A program made the translations under genes and the position numbers. Under the pieces are notes generated by a model. The model worked only from the letters and a program-made list of their open reading frames with translations, had not been told where the DNA came from and searched no databases. From Candidatus Deferrimicrobiaceae bacterium (GTDB lineage Bacteria; Desulfobacterota; Deferrimicrobia; Deferrimicrobiales; Deferrimicrobiaceae), in the NCBI GenBank assembly GCA_963792415.1, contig CAWBVY010000006.1:704001-768000 (forward strand): a stretch of DNA of 64,000 nucleotides, read 5' to 3'. This document shows, in pieces, positions 60,033 to 64,000 of the stretch (position 1 is the stretch's first letter; each line of letters begins with the position of its first letter).

Positions 60033-60328
60033 GGCATCCGGAGGGCGAGGTCGACCAGCGTCCGCACGATGAACCGCTGCAGGAAGATGATGACGAGGAT
60101 CGCGACCATCGGCGCGAAGTCGATCGAGCCGGCGAACAGCGGGAGTTTCCGGCGCAGGCGGGAGAGGACCGGTTCGGTCACCGCATAGAGGCCGCGAACG
60201 ATCGGATTGTACGGATCGGGGCTGACCCACGACAGCACGGCCCGAAGGATGAACGCCCACATGTAGGCCCACAGAACATAATCGACGATGGTCGCCAGCG
60301 CCTGGAGCAGGTTCCTCGCCACGAACAT
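60029..60328 (-). CDS. yggT: YggT family membrane protein
   Basis: LSWVSPDPYNPIV...TEPVL...IDFAP. Confidence 0.92.
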   Translation of the reverse strand: MFVARNLLQALATIVDYVLWAYMWAFILRAVLSWVSPDPYNPIVRGLYAVTEPVLSRLRRKLPLFAGSIDFAPMVAILVIIFLQRFIVRTLVDLALRMP

Positions 60329-60344
60329 TCCTTTCCTCCCCCTT

Positions 60345-61148
60345 TCAGCCCGAAAGCTCGCGGCATCGCTGCCACGCGGAAAGCACCGCGTCCATCACCG
60401 TTGCCCGGAAGGCCCCGCGCTCCAGCGCGGCCACCCCGGCGGCCGTCGTACCCCCGGGCGACATCACCATGTCCTTGAGCTCGGCGGGGTGCTTCCCCGT
60501 CTCGCGGACCATCCGCGCCGCTCCCTCGAGGGTCGAGGCCGCGAGGAGCGAGGCCTCGGCCCGCCCCATCCCGGCCCGCACCGCGCCGTCCGCCAGCGCC
60601 TCGAGGAAGAGGAACGCGTAGGCGGGGCCGGAACCGGAAAGCGCGGTCACCGCGTCGAGCAGCTCCTCGCGGGGCATCTCGGCCACCGTTCCGAAGGAGG
60701 AGAACATGGCGAGGACCTCATGCCGGGTCGCCGCGTCGACGACGGGCGGAAAGTAGATCCCGGTGCTCCCCATGCCGACCTGCGCCGGTGTGTTGGGCAT
60801 CGTCCGCACGATCTTCGCCCCTTCCCCGAGCGCCTTCTCGAAGAGGGCGATCTTCGCGCCCGCCACGATGGAGACGAACGTCTTCCCCCGCGCCGCGTCC
60901 CGGGAGATCCCGGACAGGACCGATGAAAGGACCTGCGGCTTCACGGCGACCACCACCGTGTCGCAGGAGCGCAGCAGGTCCTCGACGGAACGGGCGACGA
61001 CGACCCCGAAACGGTGGCGCAGCTCCTCACCTCGACCCGGGGCCACGTCGTACACCATCACCTGCTCCGGCGAGCGCAGTTTCGCGGAGAGCAGGCCGCG
61101 GATCACCGCCTCCCCCATGTTTCCCGCACCGAGAAATCCGAGCGCCAT
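60345..61148 (-). CDS. proC: Pyrroline-5-carboxylate reductase
   Basis: GAGNMG, AVKPQ, RTMPNTP, SGSGPAY, SPGGTT. Confidence 0.96.
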   Translation of the reverse strand: MALGFLGAGNMGEAVIRGLLSAKLRSPEQVMVYDVAPGRGEELRHRFGVVVARSVEDLLRSCDTVVVAVKPQVLSSVLSGISRDAARGKTFVSIVAGAKIALFEKALGEGAKIVRTMPNTPAQVGMGSTGIYFPPVVDAATRHEVLAMFSSFGTVAEMPREELLDAVTALSGSGPAYAFLFLEALADGAVRAGMGRAEASLLAASTLEGAARMVRETGKHPAELKDMVMSPGGTTAAGVAALERGAFRATVMDAVLSAWQRCRELSG

Positions 61149-61152
61149 GATA

Positions 61153-61875
61153 TCAGCCCCTCCCCTGCCGGCTTCCGAAGATCGCGGTCCCCACGCGGAC
61201 CATCGTCGCCCCTTCCCCGATCGCCTGTTCGAAATCGTTGGACATTCCCATGGACAACTCCCCGAGCGCGGCGCCGGGGATCTCCCGTGCCAGCGCGTCC
61301 CGCAGCTCCCGCAGCCGCGCGAAGTGAGGCCGGCTCCCCTCGGGGTCGGCGGAAAACGGCGGGATCGCCATGAAACCCTCCACCCGCACTCCGGGGAGTC
61401 CGGCGGACTCGCGGAGAATCGCGCGCAGATCGGCGGGGTCGGCTCCCGCCTTGCTCCCCTCGCCGCCGAGATTGACCTCGATCAGTACCCGTGACGTCTT
61501 TCCGGATTCCGCGGCACAACGCGAGATCTCGCGGAGCCGCCTGGCGGAATCCGCCGTCTGGATCCAGGAGAACAGGGCGACCGCCCTGCGGACCTTGTTC
61601 CCCTGCAGACGCCCGATCATGTGCCATTCGGCGCCCGGAAGCGCCGGGGTCTTCTCCTCCGCCTCCTGGACGTAATTTTCGCCGAACACCGACAACCCCG
61701 CCGCGTGCGCCTCGAGGACCCGCGCGAGCGGCTGGGTCTTCGAAACCGCGATCAGCTTCACGGAACCGGCCGGCCTCCCCGACCGTCGCACGGCGTCCGC
61801 GATCCGTTCCCGCACCCACGCCGCACGCTCCCCGAGCGGCGCACCCTCGCCCGGAGGCGATCCGGGAGGACTCAT
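61153..61875 (-). CDS. yggS: PLP homeostasis protein YggS
   Basis: LIAVSKT, FGENYVQE, WHMIGRLQGNK, LSMGMSND, VRVGTAIFG. Confidence 0.95.
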   Translation of the reverse strand: MSPPGSPPGEGAPLGERAAWVRERIADAVRRSGRPAGSVKLIAVSKTQPLARVLEAHAAGLSVFGENYVQEAEEKTPALPGAEWHMIGRLQGNKVRRAVALFSWIQTADSARRLREISRCAAESGKTSRVLIEVNLGGEGSKAGADPADLRAILRESAGLPGVRVEGFMAIPPFSADPEGSRPHFARLRELRDALAREIPGAALGELSMGMSNDFEQAIGEGATMVRVGTAIFGSRQGRG

Positions 61876-62501
61876 CGCGCCCTGCCCGCGAAGGCGTACC
61901 AGGCCGGGCCGCTGCGCGTGACACGGATCAGCCGCGCCCGCGCGAGCATCTCCATGACGCGGGTCATCGGAAGGCCCACCACGTTCGAGAACGACCCCGC
62001 GACCCGGTCGATGAGGAGCATCCCCGCCCCCTGCGCCGCGTACGCCCCCGCCTTGTCGTCGCACTCCCCCGTGCGGGCATAGGCTGCGATCTCCGCCGCC
62101 GTGAGGGGGCGAAATCGCACCCGGGTCACCTCCGTGCCGAGATCCCGGTAGCCGCGCTCCTGGCACAGGAGGCAGATCGCCGTGTGCACCCGGTGCTCGC
62201 GGCCGGCGAGGCGGGAGAGCATCCTCCTCGCCTCCGCGCGGTCCCGTGGCTTCCCGAGGATCCGCCCGTCCGAGATCACGATCGTGTCCGCCGACAGGAC
62301 GAAGGACGACGGGTGAAGCAAAGCCACCGCCTCCCCCTTTTCGAGAGCGGCCCTGCGGACGAACCCGGAAGGAGACTCGCCGGCTCGCGGACTTTCGTCG
62401 ACCCCCGACGGGACCACGCGGAACGGAACACCGACGGCGGCGAGAAGCTCCCGACGGCGGGGTGACTCGGAGGCGAGGATCATGCGGGCCGACGGGACCA
62501 T
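61872..62501 (-). CDS. maf: Maf-family nucleoside triphosphate pyrophosphatase
   Basis: ILASESPRRRELL, ADTIV, LGKP, DKAGAY, NVVGLP. Confidence 0.95.
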   Translation of the reverse strand: MVPSARMILASESPRRRELLAAVGVPFRVVPSGVDESPRAGESPSGFVRRAALEKGEAVALLHPSSFVLSADTIVISDGRILGKPRDRAEARRMLSRLAGREHRVHTAICLLCQERGYRDLGTEVTRVRFRPLTAAEIAAYARTGECDDKAGAYAAQGAGMLLIDRVAGSFSNVVGLPMTRVMEMLARARLIRVTRSGPAWYAFAGRAR

Positions 62502-62620
62502 CGGGTTGCATTATATGGGAATCCCGCCTGTCACGGCAAACGTTCCCGCGCCTCGCTTGCCCTCCGGGGGCGCCCCGTGGTAAGAAGATAGCAACTTCAG
62601 GATCGGGGTGGAGTTCCGAC

Positions 62621-63022
62621 ATGGCGTTCAAGACGATCACCGTGAAAACCGAAAACGCGCAGCAACTGGTCGACATCACCCAGCAGGTCCGCCTCGTGGT
62701 GCGGGAGAGCGGCGTGAAAAGCGGCGTCTGCCGGGTTTTCATCCCCCATACCACGGCGGCGGTCACCATCAACGAGAACGCCGACCCGAACGTCCGGCGG
62801 GACATCCTGGACCGCCTCGAACAGGTCGCCCCTTCCGACGGGACGTACCACCACACCGAGGGGAATTCCCACGCCCACATCAAGTCCAGCCTCTTGGGAT
62901 CGAGCGTTTCCGTGTTCGTCGAGGCCGGCCAGCTGGTGCTCGGGACCTGGCAGTCGGTCTTCCTGTGCGACTTCGACGGTCCCCGCACCCGGAACGTGAT
63001 GGTGCGGATCACGGCGGGGTGA
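62621..63022 (+). CDS. yjbQ: YjbQ/UPF0047 family protein
   Basis: PHTTAAVTINENADP, HTEGNSHAHIK, LGTWQ, FDGPR. Confidence 0.92.
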   Translation: MAFKTITVKTENAQQLVDITQQVRLVVRESGVKSGVCRVFIPHTTAAVTINENADPNVRRDILDRLEQVAPSDGTYHHTEGNSHAHIKSSLLGSSVSVFVEAGQLVLGTWQSVFLCDFDGPRTRNVMVRITAG

Positions 63023-63029
63023 CGACCCG

Positions 63030-64000
63030 CTACCGGAAGAAGGCTTCGTAGCGGGCGCGCAGCGCGTTTCTTCTCAGGCCCCCGTCGATCACCCCCCAGG
63101 GGAAAAACTCCCCGCCGCCTTTCTCCCGGAAGACGACAGACGACAGCGCCCCGGCCAACCCGGGCGCGGAGCGCAGGAGCTTTCCGGGAGGTGCCGTCCG
63201 AAGGCTCGCGGACACCCGGCGGTCCGAGAGCCCGAGGTACCCCTGCACGACCGCGTCCCACGGGGTCGAAGCGGAGACCCGGACGTTGGGGACCGCTCGT
63301 ACGATGGCACTCACGCCCTTCCCTCGCGACTTCAGCTCCTCCTCCGGGATCATCGAAGCCCATTGCAGCGGAGTGAACGGCTTGGGAACGAAGGGAGAGA
63401 GCACCGCCGTCACGACGCCCATCCGGCCGACCCCGCGCGCGACCTCGAGAACGCGCTCCCGGAAGGTCCCGAGGAACCGCGCGATCCCCCCGACCTCCTC
63501 CTCCCAAAGCGCCCCGGGAAGGCCAAGCAGGAAATACAGCTTGAACGAGACGATTCCCGAACGGGCCAGGACCTCCGCGGCGGCGAAGAACACCTCGTCC
63601 GGCACCCGCTTCCCGACGCGCGCGCGCAGCCGGGCATCGCCGCATTCCGGCGCCAGCGCCACCGTGCGGTGTCCGCTCCGTGCGAGGATCTCCGCGATTT
63701 CCTCGTCGACGAGGTCCGCGCGGACGGAGGCCGGCGAAACCGTCCCGCCGCGCTCGAGGATCTCACGCGCCAGCTCCCGGAACGGACGCCAGTCGAGGAC
63801 CGCGGCGCCGATGAGACCCACCTTTCTGCGGTGCGGCCACGCCGCGTCGACGGCCGCGCGCACGCGGTCGATGGGAAACTCCCGGAAGGAGGGGCAGGCG
63901 TGGGCCGCTGCGCAGAACCCGCACATCCCCGGGCAGCCGCGGGAAGTCTCGACGAGGGACATTCTGCCCAACTCCGTCTCCTCCGACAGGATGACGGGCG
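63030..64000 (-). CDS. Radical SAM protein (5' part outside window)
   Basis: ETSRGCPGMCGFC (CxxxCxxC), ALAPE, KLYFLLGLPG, FVPKPFTPLQW. Confidence 0.88.
   Translation of the reverse strand, partial: PVILSEETELGRMSLVETSRGCPGMCGFCAAAHACPSFREFPIDRVRAAVDAAWPHRRKVGLIGAAVLDWRPFRELAREILERGGTVSPASVRADLVDEEIAEILARSGHRTVALAPECGDARLRARVGKRVPDEVFFAAAEVLARSGIVSFKLYFLLGLPGALWEEEVGGIARFLGTFRERVLEVARGVGRMGVVTAVLSPFVPKPFTPLQWASMIPEEELKSRGKGVSAIVRAVPNVRVSASTPWDAVVQGYLGLSDRRVSASLRTAPPGKLLRSAPGLAGALSSVVFREKGGGEFFPWGVIDGGLRRNALRARYEAFFR

Noticed and set aside
61153-63645. Apparent giant fusions from N-terminally extended ORFs (yggS 830 aa, nadD 506 aa, purE 632 aa, rimO 604 aa)
   Set aside because: The extensions are alternative frames overlapping neighbouring genes. 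The true starts with family N-termini lie downstream.

Overview
High-GC, densely coding bacterial chromosome segment. Gene order and content look deltaproteobacterial (Desulfobacterota/Myxococcota-like); this is inference. It is mostly housekeeping operons: pgpA-cinA-thpR-recA-pilT-recX-alaS; ruvX-mltG; radC-plsC-rnj-ftsK-lolA-rimO-dksA; moxR-DUF58-transglutaminase-comM; rplU-rpmA-obgE-proBA-nadD-rsfS-lapAB-comF; alr-mlaEFD-purH-purD-purE-tsaC; TPP riboswitch-thiC; and maf-yggS-proC-yggT-yggU. A tRNA-Leu(CAA) is followed by a lower-GC accessory islet. The best candidates for something undescribed are: (1) adjacent HEAT-repeat and HD-GYP genes that share an unnamed ~140-aa N-terminal 'YPxxHP' domain, suggesting a cyclic-dinucleotide signalling module; (2) unusual translation signals, namely rsfS in frame directly behind the nadD amber stop with no canonical start, a CTG-started cysteine desulfurase, several apparently leaderless genes, and an internal RBS plus signal peptide in a VKOR-DsbA fusion; (3) a 164-bp MITE-like palindrome overlapping the purH stop codon, and a 61-bp tandem repeat between convergent genes; (4) a long MlaD with a beta-barrel-like C-terminus. 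No CRISPR array, integrase, transposase or rRNA was seen. All calls come from reading motifs by eye; no searches were run.
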